Shown here in pieces: positions 53,336 through 62,410 of a stretch of 64,000 bases of DNA. The notes under the pieces are model-generated. The model was not told the origin of the DNA, did no database searches, and was given only the letters and a program-made list of their open reading frames with translations. Position 1 is the first letter of the stretch. Each line of letters starts with the position of its first letter. This DNA comes from Microcoleus sp. GTDB taxonomy: Bacteria > Cyanobacteriota > Cyanobacteriia > Cyanobacteriales > Microcoleaceae. The translations under genes were made by a program, and so were the position numbers. The stretch covers positions 864,001 through 928,000 of the forward strand of contig JAYFMW010000006.1 in the NCBI GenBank assembly GCA_042408215.1, given 5' to 3'.

Positions 53336-53566
53336 GTTTTTGACGGTATTGTATGCGATATTTTATGCGATATTTTATGCGATCGGCTGGGGGCGGGTCG
53401 ATCTATACTATTAGTTACCTAAAATATATCTGGTGAAACCCGCGCCTTGTATTTTGAAAGAGGTAAATGGCGATTTATCGTGGCGCGGGGGCGGGTTTAT
53501 GAGATAATTGGTCTTAGGCACTGATGGTTGGTAAAACCCGCCCCTACAAGTTATCATTCTTTAGCT

Positions 53567-53974
53567 ATGTTTTTTGTACCACATCCCCTTGTAGCACCAA
53601 CAGTTATAGCTCAAATTAGACCGACTGTCGAAAGTTTACCCGATGGAGACTACCGGTACCGAGACTCCTTTGCGATCGATCGACCTTTTAGAGAAATCCA
53701 ATTTCGCAAACAAGACAGATACATCACCGGCAGCGATTCCGACAAAGCCACGGGTAAAAGCTACTGTTTTCGGGGAATTGCCCTACACAATAACATTATT
53801 AACATCACTGTAGCCACTGAAATTTATCTCAAAACCTCGCCCACACAGCAAACCGAGTGGAAATTGGAGCCGGGAAGCCCAATTAATTTCGACAAACTTT
53901 ATCCGCTGCAAGCTGGGCCCGGATTACAATTGTACAAATGTTTGACAGCATTTTTGCCAAAATTGAAAGATTAG
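53567..53974 (+). CDS. Hypothetical protein
   Basis: Start reassigned to ATG 53567 because the upstream part is a palindromic repeat; SLPDGDYRY...SYCFRG. Confidence 0.6.
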   Translation: MFFVPHPLVAPTVIAQIRPTVESLPDGDYRYRDSFAIDRPFREIQFRKQDRYITGSDSDKATGKSYCFRGIALHNNIINITVATEIYLKTSPTQQTEWKLEPGSPINFDKLYPLQAGPGLQLYKCLTAFLPKLKD

Positions 53975-54340
53975 TCATTAGTTATTAGTCATTAGTCATT
54001 AGTCATTAGTCATTAGTCATTAGTCATTGGTCATTGGTCATTGGTCATTAGTCATTAGTCATTGGTCATTAGTCATTAGTCATTGGTCATTAGTCATTAG
54101 TCATTAGTCATTAGTCATTGGTCATTAGTCATTAGTCATTAGTCATTGGTCATTGGTCATTAGTCATGCGTAATTCGTCATTAGTCATTGGTCATTAGTC
54201 ATTGGTCATTAGTCATTAGTCATTGGTCATTAGTCATTAGTCATTGGTCATTGGTCATTAGTCATTGGTCATTAGTCATTAGTCATTGGTCATTGGTCAT
54301 TAGTCATTGGTCATTGGTCATTAGTCATTAGTCATTGGTG
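53972..54340. repeat. Long STRR heptamer array (TAGTCAT/TGGTCAT)n
   Basis: Direct reading. Confidence 0.95.
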
Positions 54341-56279
54341 ATTGGTGAGAGATTATTAGTTATTGGTAGCAGCTAACCAATAACTAATAACCAATAACAA
54401 ATAACCAATAACAACATCCTAATAACCAGCATTTTTCAACTCTTCTTTGAGCATTTGTCGGTAGACTTTCGGCAAACTAGAACTCATAGAATTGTTCTCA
54501 ATGCCATAGCCCAAACTCGTCCAGGTTCCCGACAGCATCCGCAATACCTGACTTAATTTTTCCGATCGCAGCATCTCAGAAATATCAGCTTTCCAAAACT
54601 TGCGATCGCTCAACCAAGCATAAACCACAGCATCCTGATATTCTGGCTCAAAACTGTAATCTTGCCACATCATAAAATTAGCAGGTTTCGGGTGATAGCG
54701 CTTAGCCTTATCCTTCCAAGTCGAACTCAAAAATTGATACCTACCCGCCGCCGTAGTACAGTTACCCCGATTCGGGCCATTCACAATCGTCACGCACCAG
54801 TCAGGATGGTGACTCAAATCTAATATGTATTTGCCACCATAAACAACATGATAAGGTCGAGAAACATTCGACTCGCTAGCAGAAATAGTTCGCATCAGCG
54901 CCCGAATGTAAGGATCGCCCGCTTTCATAGCTAGTGGCGGCAATTTGCGAACCTCACTTGCTTGGGGAGATAACGGCGGCAAACCCCGCCAACTGACAGC
55001 CAAAAAAACAGCGCCGCCAATCACAGCGCCGATTAATATTAGAAATCCCAGGATTTGAATTTCCGATCGCCTCAGCAAACCCCCCGGTTGACGGCGGAAT
55101 TGTTGAGCTTGCAGCCAACTCATTTCCATTTCAGCAATTTCGGCCAATTTTGTAGCAGCCCGCATCCGGCGCACCCGGAAATCGTGTTGATATAGTGGCG
55201 CAGCCAACAGCGTCAAACTCGACAAAGCCCCAGCCAATCTAAGCAGCCAGAAATCGAATTCACCAGCTAATGCAACTTTTGCATTGGTCATTGGTCATTA
55301 GTCATTGGTCATTGGTCATTAGTCATTAGTCATTGGTGATTGGTGAGAGATTATTAGTTATTGGTAGCAGCTAACCAATAACTAATAACCAATAACAAAT
55401 AACCAATAACAACATCCTAATAACCAGCATTTTTCAACTCTTCTTTGAGCATTTGTCGGTAGACTTTCGGCAAACTAGAACTCATAGAATTGTTCTCAAT
55501 GCCATAGCCCAAACTCGTCCAGGTTCCCGACAGCATCCGCAATACCTGACTTAATTTTTCCGATCGCAGCATCTCAGAAATATCAGCTTTCCAAAACTTG
55601 CGATCGCTCAACCAAGCATAAACCACAGCATCCTGATATTCTGGCTCAAAACTGTAATCTTGCCACATCATAAAATTAGCAGGTTTCGGGTGATAGCGCT
55701 TAGCCTTATCCTTCCAAGTCGAACTCAAAAATTGATACCTACCCGCCGCCGTAGTACAGTTACCCCGATTCGGGCCATTCACAATCGTCACGCACCAGTC
55801 AGGATGGTGACTCAAATCTAATATGTATTTGCCACCATAAACAACATGATAAGGTCGAGAAACATTCGACTCGCTAGCAGAAATAGTTCGCATCAGCGCC
55901 CGAATGTAAGGATCGCCCGCTTTCATAGCTAGTGGCGGCAATTTGCGAACCTCACTTGCTTGGGGAGATAACGGCGGCAAACCCCGCCAACTGACAGCCA
56001 AAAAAACAGCGCCGCCAATCACAGCGCCGATTAATATTAGAAATCCCAGGATTTGAATTTCCGATCGCCTCAGCAAACCCCCCGGTTGACGGCGGAATTG
56101 TTGAGCTTGCAGCCAACTCATTTCCATTTCAGCAATTTCGGCCAATTTTGTAGCAGCCCGCATCCGGCGCACCCGGAAATCGTGTTGATATAGTGGCGCA
56201 GCCAACAGCGTCAAACTCGACAAAGCCCCAGCCAATCTAAGCAGCCAGAAATCGAATTCACCAGCTAATGCAACTTTTG
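54284..56279. repeat. 998-bp tandem duplication
   Basis: 54284-55281 matches 55282-56279; no differences noticed by eye. Confidence 0.9.
54419..55291 (-). CDS. 5'-truncated duplicate of the lambda-R-like muramidase gene
   Basis: Same translation as the C-terminal part of 55417-56703; the ATG is supplied by STRR sequence. Confidence 0.55.
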   Translation of the reverse strand: MTNAKVALAGEFDFWLLRLAGALSSLTLLAAPLYQHDFRVRRMRAATKLAEIAEMEMSWLQAQQFRRQPGGLLRRSEIQILGFLILIGAVIGGAVFLAVSWRGLPPLSPQASEVRKLPPLAMKAGDPYIRALMRTISASESNVSRPYHVVYGGKYILDLSHHPDWCVTIVNGPNRGNCTTAAGRYQFLSSTWKDKAKRYHPKPANFMMWQDYSFEPEYQDAVVYAWLSDRKFWKADISEMLRSEKLSQVLRMLSGTWTSLGYGIENNSMSSSLPKVYRQMLKEELKNAGY

Positions 56280-56703
56280 TCAGAGTAGATATTCCTGCTA
56301 GCAATTCCCCCGGATTAAGCGATCGCGCCTGCCAATAAAAAATCGCAACTTGCACCAGCAGCGACAGATTAAATGCCAGAAAGATTACTACTAGAGCATT
56401 CAAACCTTCCCGGAAGTGCGATCGAATACCAGTATGTCGGCGCTGGAACTTACCTGCTATGTGAAAGCGGCCAGGTAGCAGAGTTAGTATGGGATTTAAG
56501 ATGGTGACGGCTAAAAAGTGAACAACAAAGAACAAAGGTAACTGAATTAGCCAAGCAGTTAGCAATAGAGTCAAAAAGCTCAGATCGTCATTGACTAAAG
56601 GAATGCCCCTGTTCACTACAAAACTAAAACTCTGAGCGAGGACAAATGCCCTTAACCAGGAAATCGGATAGGGGAACCAAGCTGGCCACTTGAGAGTTTT
56701 CAT
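55417..56703 (-). CDS. Membrane-anchored lambda-R-type lytic transglycosylase/muramidase (GH24/GH104-like)
   Basis: N-terminal TM segments; RALMRTISASES, YGG...HP, TAAGRYQFL..TW, FEPEYQD, LSGTWTSL. Confidence 0.85.
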   Translation of the reverse strand: MKTLKWPAWFPYPISWLRAFVLAQSFSFVVNRGIPLVNDDLSFLTLLLTAWLIQLPLFFVVHFLAVTILNPILTLLPGRFHIAGKFQRRHTGIRSHFREGLNALVVIFLAFNLSLLVQVAIFYWQARSLNPGELLAGISTLTKVALAGEFDFWLLRLAGALSSLTLLAAPLYQHDFRVRRMRAATKLAEIAEMEMSWLQAQQFRRQPGGLLRRSEIQILGFLILIGAVIGGAVFLAVSWRGLPPLSPQASEVRKLPPLAMKAGDPYIRALMRTISASESNVSRPYHVVYGGKYILDLSHHPDWCVTIVNGPNRGNCTTAAGRYQFLSSTWKDKAKRYHPKPANFMMWQDYSFEPEYQDAVVYAWLSDRKFWKADISEMLRSEKLSQVLRMLSGTWTSLGYGIENNSMSSSLPKVYRQMLKEELKNAGY

Positions 56704-56904
56704 GGAAAATCAATCGATTTGAGATTTGAGATTTGAGATGGGAGGCGGGCTTGCAACAGGCTGGACGGCCTGTTCCACAATACATTAGTTCGCGATCGCA
56801 TGGGGGCCGAGAAACCGGGTTTTTTTACGAAAAGACGGGTTGTAGCCCCCAGATTCAGTAAAAAACCCGGTTTCTTTAATCAAAGTGCGTCCAGGACTAT
56901 TCCA

Positions 56905-57564
56905 TCAAACCACACCCGCAAACAATTCCAGAAAACTCTTTTCCGTCGCCTCCGACTTCGCCACAATCTCCACAAGCTTATTGCGAGAAGCCGGCTCAAA
57001 TAGAGCCTCCACACACACTTGAGCTACCTTAGTGCGGGGAATACTACCATCTGATAGTTTGTCCGCTGACTCCATGACGATCGCATTAGAATTATCTTCA
57101 TTTTTGAGACCGCCTGGACGGACAATAGTGTAAGTTAGCCCACTTTTTTGCAAATATTCCTCAGCTTGCTTCTTCCAAACCAAAATCAACCAGAACAAAT
57201 TCAGCGGGTGGAAAAAGTTAGACACGCACAGAGAAGTCACCAGCACAAAATGCTCAATTCCCTTAGCCTTAGCTGCATCCACCAAATTTTTAGTTCCCTC
57301 AAAATCCACCCGATAAGGCGCTGTCGGGTCAAAACCAGGGGCTGCACCCGTCGCGCAGAGCAATACCGTACTATCACCGATGGCATCACTGAGAGATGTA
57401 GCATTTAATACATCTCCCGTGACTAACTCAGCTTCCGGGGGTAAAATTTGCCTAGCTGTCTCTAAATTACGGACTAGAGCACGTACGGGAATCCCGCGCT
57501 TTACCAATTCAGTGACAATTCGGCGTCCAGTCTGGCCTGTGGCTCCTGCTACAAATGCTTTCAT
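56905..57564 (-). CDS. NAD(P)H-binding atypical SDR (Tic62-like)
   Basis: MKAFVAGATGQTG, VRALVR, VDFEGTKNL, YTIVRPGGL. Confidence 0.9.
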   Translation of the reverse strand: MKAFVAGATGQTGRRIVTELVKRGIPVRALVRNLETARQILPPEAELVTGDVLNATSLSDAIGDSTVLLCATGAAPGFDPTAPYRVDFEGTKNLVDAAKAKGIEHFVLVTSLCVSNFFHPLNLFWLILVWKKQAEEYLQKSGLTYTIVRPGGLKNEDNSNAIVMESADKLSDGSIPRTKVAQVCVEALFEPASRNKLVEIVAKSEATEKSFLELFAGVV

Positions 57565-57919
57565 CAGAAAATTGGGTTTGAAACCCCGTCCTTTTAGGAC
57601 GGCTTTGCTTGATTTGATAAATTAGTTGCCTACCTCTTTCGAGGCGGAGGGGTATGGTTGCCCCTCCTTTGGAGATATGGTTGTCTCCAGTCCCTTTCGG
57701 GTAAAGTTCGCTTCGCCAATGTTATAAGAGCTTGTTAGGCTGAAAGCACTGTTCCAGTGACCTTAGAACTGTTTAACTAGCAGCGACAGAGCAAGGGACT
57801 AGCGTCGCATCCCAGGGTGTCGTGACTCAAATAACGTAGTCAGCTAAGACTTAGGCTGGTCAGAATGGCTTGTTCGATTACTCTTGCAAGCCCCGTCCCT
57901 TAAGGGCGGGGTTCCTGAC
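57565..57919. mobile_element. Non-autonomous IS200/IS605-family (IscB/HEARO-type) element, 355 bp, no ORF
   Basis: TCAT|cagaaaattgggttt-GAAA-ccccgtccttttaggacgg at one end; CAAG-ccccgtcccttaagggcgggg-ttcc-TGAC at the other; abuts the ATGA start of the SDR gene. Confidence 0.9.
57692..57919 (-). ncRNA. HEARO / IscB-type omegaRNA scaffold
   Basis: Minus strand: GTCAGGAACCCCG..GGGGCTTG..CAAGCC..CTGACCAGCCTAAG..CTACGTTAT..ACACCCTGGGATG..CTAGTCCC..GCTCTGT..GTTAAACAG..CAGTGC..ATAACATTGGCGAAGC..TTACCCGAAAGGG, in HEARO motif order. Confidence 0.85.
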
Positions 57920-58049
57920 AAATCGAGTTATCCTGAACTAGGGTATGTTTTGTTGCTACCAGCAAGTTTCCATTCTCAATTGTAGGGAGTTTCCTCCCTT
58001 GCCACATCCCCAACCCGAGTAATAGGCGTGTATTAAAGGAGAGCGAACC

Positions 58050-58763
58050 ATGAAGCAGGATTCCGCCGAATATCCAACCGTTGAGGCTTCCGATCAACTT
58101 TGGTATCCAGATTCGAGTTTCCAGCCAACGGAAAGTGAAGGTGCAGATGTAGCCGAGTCAGTTGAGCAGACTTGGTTTCGCACCCATTTTGAAGACAGCA
58201 TGGAGATGTATGCGGATGCTGAGACGGTGGCCAAGCATTTTAACAATCACAAGAGTTGGTTTAGTAAGTGCGCTTTGCCGATGAAGGCAGAATCGATCGG
58301 AGAAAATGGCTACGATTTATTAATCGGCCGTTTTGGTGCTTTCGGCTACCGCGTTGAAGTCAGAATTGGTTTAGAACTACTACCTCCTGATGCCGAAGGG
58401 TGCTATTTGATTAGAACAATTCCGGTTCCGAATTATACGCCACCCGGATATGAAGTTAATTTTTGCTCCGCGATGAATTTGGTGGAAATACCTGCTGACG
58501 AGTTTGCCACAAATTGGCCGACTTCCGAGCGTTCTAAGTTGCCACCTGTGATTACCAGTGCTGCGTGGAAGCTGGATTTAGCAGTAGGAGTTCACTTTCC
58601 GAAGTTTATTCTATCCATGTCTGAATCTTTAATTCAAAAAACCGGCGAGGGAGTTTTGGAAAAAATTATCAAACAAGTTAACCGCCGCTTGACTTATAAA
58701 ACTCAGCTGGTTTTTCACGAAAGTTTGGGAATTCCTTTTCCTCAAAAACCCAAAAAACATTAA
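58050..58763 (+). CDS. DUF1997-family protein
   Basis: MEMYADAETVA..F..H..WF..CALPMK, IGRFGAFGY.VE..IGLELLP; AAGGAG ribosome-binding site. Confidence 0.8.
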   Translation: MKQDSAEYPTVEASDQLWYPDSSFQPTESEGADVAESVEQTWFRTHFEDSMEMYADAETVAKHFNNHKSWFSKCALPMKAESIGENGYDLLIGRFGAFGYRVEVRIGLELLPPDAEGCYLIRTIPVPNYTPPGYEVNFCSAMNLVEIPADEFATNWPTSERSKLPPVITSAAWKLDLAVGVHFPKFILSMSESLIQKTGEGVLEKIIKQVNRRLTYKTQLVFHESLGIPFPQKPKKH

Positions 58764-58904
58764 TTTCGCTCCCTCTTAAATCTCTCAAACTAAGAGGGGT
58801 GATAGTTTTGATTTTTGAGTTTTGGTCAGGAGAATAATTTTGAGTTTTGAGTTTTGAGTAGATGAGAATTTTCCCTCATCCTTCTGACTTCTGACTTCTG
58901 ACTT

Positions 58905-59549
58905 TTAAGCTGCTGTCAAAATTTGCTCTCTCAACTTCCCAATCAACTCATTCACCCCCCCCGTATTCAAACGGTAACTCAAAGGATGGCCAATCAAATA
59001 AGCCGAACTTTCAAACAAAACGTCAATCTCCACCAAACCATTTTCCTGCAAAGTTTTGCCCGTCGCCACCAAATCCACGATCGCCTCCGACATTCCCGTG
59101 ATCGGCCCCAATTCCACAGAACCGTAAAGCGGCACAATTTCCACCGGCAAATTCAAATTGTGAAAATATTCCCTTGCACAGTGGACGAATTTAGAAGCAA
59201 CTCTACCATGAGGCGGCAAGTCCACAGTTCTGCGGTAAGAACTAGATTCTTTCACCGCCACCGACAGCCGACATTCACCAAATTTTAAATCTATTAAATT
59301 TGCAACCTTCGGCTGTTTTTCCCGCAAAACATCATAACCAGCAATCCCCAAATCCGCTTGACCGTATTCCACATAAACCGGCACATCATGGGTTCTGACT
59401 AGCAAAGCTTTTGCAGTTCCGGTAGGGTCGTAAATTTGAAGTTGGCGGTTAGATGAATCTAGAAAAGCACTGAAGTCTAATCCAACAGATTTGAACAGTC
59501 TAATGCTATCTGCTAACAGTCCACCTTTGGGAAGTGCTACGGTAATCAT
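58905..59549 (-). CDS. hisG: ATP phosphoribosyltransferase, short form
   Basis: [54 protein letters not shown]. Confidence 0.97.
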   Translation of the reverse strand: MITVALPKGGLLADSIRLFKSVGLDFSAFLDSSNRQLQIYDPTGTAKALLVRTHDVPVYVEYGQADLGIAGYDVLREKQPKVANLIDLKFGECRLSVAVKESSSYRRTVDLPPHGRVASKFVHCAREYFHNLNLPVEIVPLYGSVELGPITGMSEAIVDLVATGKTLQENGLVEIDVLFESSAYLIGHPLSYRLNTGGVNELIGKLREQILTAA

Positions 59550-59604
59550 AAAAATACTCGGTAAGTGGGAAACTCTGAGTCTTCAGACTTGAGAGGGAAA
59601 CGAC
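59550..59604 (+). mobile_element. Solo IS200/IS605-type left-end remnant abutting the hisG start codon
   Basis: TCAT|aaaaatactcggtaagtgg-GAAA-ctctgagtcttcagacttgagag hairpin; same gtcttcagac apex as the 42271 element; no right end found. Confidence 0.5.
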
Positions 59605-59658
59605 TTTTTCCTAGACTACAATAGCACAAATTGTTCCAATCTAAAATCTAAAATCAGA

Positions 59659-60345
59659 ATGCGGATTCTTTTAGTTGATGATGAAGTTGAGTTGACTGAC
59701 CCCTTGAGTCGAGTTTTAACCCGCGAGGGTTATACGGTTGATGTGGCTTTTGACGGCGCAAGTGGCAGCAATTTAGCAAGGCTGGGCAATTATGATTTGC
59801 TAATTTTGGATTGGATGTTGCCGAAACAAACAGGATTGGCAATTTGTCAACAATTGCGATCGCAAGGACGGAATACACCAGTGCTATTTCTCACCGCTAA
59901 AGATACTCTAGACGATCGCGTACAAGGACTGGATGCCGGTGCTGACGACTATCTGGTCAAACCTTTTGAATTGCGAGAACTGCTGGCCAGAGTCCGCGCC
60001 TTGCTGCGGCGACCTCCTACTTTTGATGCCGATGTGACTGTCGGGCGGCTGCAAGTTGCAGATTTAGAACTCGATTACGACAATCAATTAGCTTATCGGG
60101 GCGATCGCACAATTGATTTATCAGAAAAAGAATGTCAGTTGTTAGAATATTTCATGCGTCATCCCGGTCAATTGCTGACACACGAACAAATTCACCAATA
60201 TTTGTGGAGCGAAGCCGAAAAACCGAGTAGCAATGTATTAGCAGCTCAGATTCGCCTGCTGCGCCGCAAAATAGAAGCTCCCGGCGAATCGGTGCTAATT
60301 CACACTGTTTACGGCAGAGGATATCGCTTTGGAGAAGGAAGTTAA
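59659..60345 (+). CDS. OmpR-family response regulator (RppA-like)
   Basis: MRILLVDDE, LILDWMLP, FLTAKD, GADDYLVKPF, TVYGRGYRF. Confidence 0.92.
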   Translation: MRILLVDDEVELTDPLSRVLTREGYTVDVAFDGASGSNLARLGNYDLLILDWMLPKQTGLAICQQLRSQGRNTPVLFLTAKDTLDDRVQGLDAGADDYLVKPFELRELLARVRALLRRPPTFDADVTVGRLQVADLELDYDNQLAYRGDRTIDLSEKECQLLEYFMRHPGQLLTHEQIHQYLWSEAEKPSSNVLAAQIRLLRRKIEAPGESVLIHTVYGRGYRFGEGS

Positions 60346-60364
60346 ATAGGACTTATACCAATTT

Positions 60365-61265
60365 AATGGGTCGTTGCACATATTCCGATCCCCCTAAATC
60401 CCCCTTCTTAAGGGGAGTAGGGGTTGACTTTGATTGGACTCTTGTCCCCCCCTTAAGAAGGGGGGTTAGGGGGGATCGAATTCTATGCAGCTTCATAAAA
60501 AATTGGTATTACATAAAAAACCCGGTTTCTAGGAAAACTTGTGCAATGGGTCGTTGCACATATTCCGATCCCCCTAAATCCCCCTTCTTAAGGGGAGTAG
60601 GGGTTGACTTTGATTGGACTCTTGTCCCCCCCTTAAGAAGGGGGGTTAGGGGGGATCGAATTCTATGCAGCTTCATAAAAAATTGGTATTACATAAAAAA
60701 CCCGGTTTCTAGGAAAACTTGTGCAATGGGTCGTTGCACATATTCCGATCCCCCTAAATCCCCCTTCTTAAGGGGAGTAGGGGTTGACTTTGATTGGACT
60801 CTTGTCCCCCCCTTAAGAAGGGGGGTTAGGGGGGATCGAATTCTATGCAGCTTCATAAAAAATTGGTATTACATAAAAAACCCGGTTTCTAGGAAAACTT
60901 GTGCAATGGGTCGTTGCACATATTCCGATCCCCCTAAATCCCCCTTCTTAAGGGGAGTAGGGGTTGACTTTGATTGGACTCTTGTCCCCCCCTTAAGAAG
61001 GGGGGTTAGGGGGGATCGAATTCTATGCAGCTTCATAAAAAATTGGTATTACATAAAAAACCCGGTTTCTAGGAAAACTTGTGCAATGGGTCGTTGCACA
61101 TATTCCGATCCCCCTAAATCCCCCTTAAGATGGGGAGTAGGGGTTGACTTTGATTGGACTCTTGTCCCCCCCTTAAGAAGGGGGGTTAGGGGGGATCGAA
61201 TTCTATGCAGCTTCATAAAAAATTGGTATTACATAAAAAACCCGGTTTCTAGGAAAACTTGTGCA
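60365..61265. repeat. 180-bp tandem array, 5 copies, derived from a MITE plus flanking repeat
   Basis: atgggtcgttgcac at 60366, 60546, 60726, 60906, 61086; copies 1-4 identical, copy 5 differs at ccccttaagatgggg. Confidence 0.95.
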
Positions 61266-61378
61266 TCGAAGCGAGAGATATTGACACAGAAACCTGGTTT
61301 TTGGCCTCGCATAGGGTTAATCTGAGATCTTGTATGATGATCGAGAACAGGCTTTTCGGCCTGTTCCACAAAATTAAG

Positions 61379-62209
61379 TCATGGACAAATTAAAGTAATT
61401 ACTGTCACTTCCGGCGGACAAAATAGCCGGCCGGGCGGGTAAGTTCCCAAACCGCGATTCACGTACAGCAAATTACTGCCAACTTGATGCAAACCGCTGG
61501 CCCATTCCCAGTGAATAACTACTCGATCGCAAGCTGAGATCAAAGGAATCCACTTTCGCACTGGTTGAGGAATAGCATAGCCAATTTTTCTTACCCAAGC
61601 ATACAGAGGCCCGATACCGGGAATAACTATTTGACCACCGTGAGTGTGTCCCGACAATTGCAAATCAATCCGGTATTTTTGCAGATTTTCAGCAGTATCG
61701 GGATTGTGAGACAATACAATTCGAGGAATTTCTAGATCGACCGATGCCATGACAGCTTCAGGTTTGAAATCGCCCGACCAAAAATCCGCTAATCCGACTA
61801 AAGCTAATTCTGACCCCAAAGGATAGATTGCTTCGTTGTACAAAACTCGAATGCCGACACTATTTAAAGCATTAGCAACTTCGATTTTTGCCCCCGGGAA
61901 ATAGTGGTCGTGGTTGCCCAAAACAGCGTAAATTCCCAGCCGAGTTTGTAAGTGTTTTAATCGTTTTACTAAGCCGTAAATCGGCGCAGTTTCCCAAGTA
62001 ATAAAATCCCCGGTTAATAAAATTAAGTCTGCTTCAGCTTCATTAGCCGCAGCGATCGCCTCTTCTAGCAACCATTCCGACAGCCGCATCCCGTCATAGT
62101 GAAAGTCTGTCAGTTGTACGAGTTTAGTACCCGATAGATTTGCTGGAAGATTGGCGATCGGTATTGTTAAATGTTCTACCCGCAGTTTGCCAGTTAATAA
62201 CCTGTGCAT
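61379..62209 (-). CDS. Metallophosphoesterase (YkuE/YaeI-like)
   Basis: LTDFH, LTGDF, LGNHD, LSHNPD, LSGHTHGGQ, YVNRGLG. Confidence 0.92.
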   Translation of the reverse strand: MHRLLTGKLRVEHLTIPIANLPANLSGTKLVQLTDFHYDGMRLSEWLLEEAIAAANEAEADLILLTGDFITWETAPIYGLVKRLKHLQTRLGIYAVLGNHDHYFPGAKIEVANALNSVGIRVLYNEAIYPLGSELALVGLADFWSGDFKPEAVMASVDLEIPRIVLSHNPDTAENLQKYRIDLQLSGHTHGGQIVIPGIGPLYAWVRKIGYAIPQPVRKWIPLISACDRVVIHWEWASGLHQVGSNLLYVNRGLGTYPPGRLFCPPEVTVITLICP

Positions 62210-62410
62210 AAATCTAAGGTTTTTGACAGAGTGCAATTTCTAGTTTAACAAATAATCGGAATGATTAAACCGCGAAGACACAAAGAGCGCGAAGGAAGAA
62301 GATGCTCCATTCTTCCTTCGCGTCCGCGTGCCTCGCGGTTCATTTAATCTTACTGCATATTCTTTTTTTTAGCCGTTGCCGATCAACTCTTCAATTCTCT
62401 AATCTCAAAT

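Noticed and set aside
60365..61265. CRISPR array, or a real 319-aa protein (ORF 60366-61325)
   Set aside because: Units are near-identical over their full 180 bp with no unique spacers and no cas genes. The ORF results from a stop-free unit whose length is a multiple of 3.
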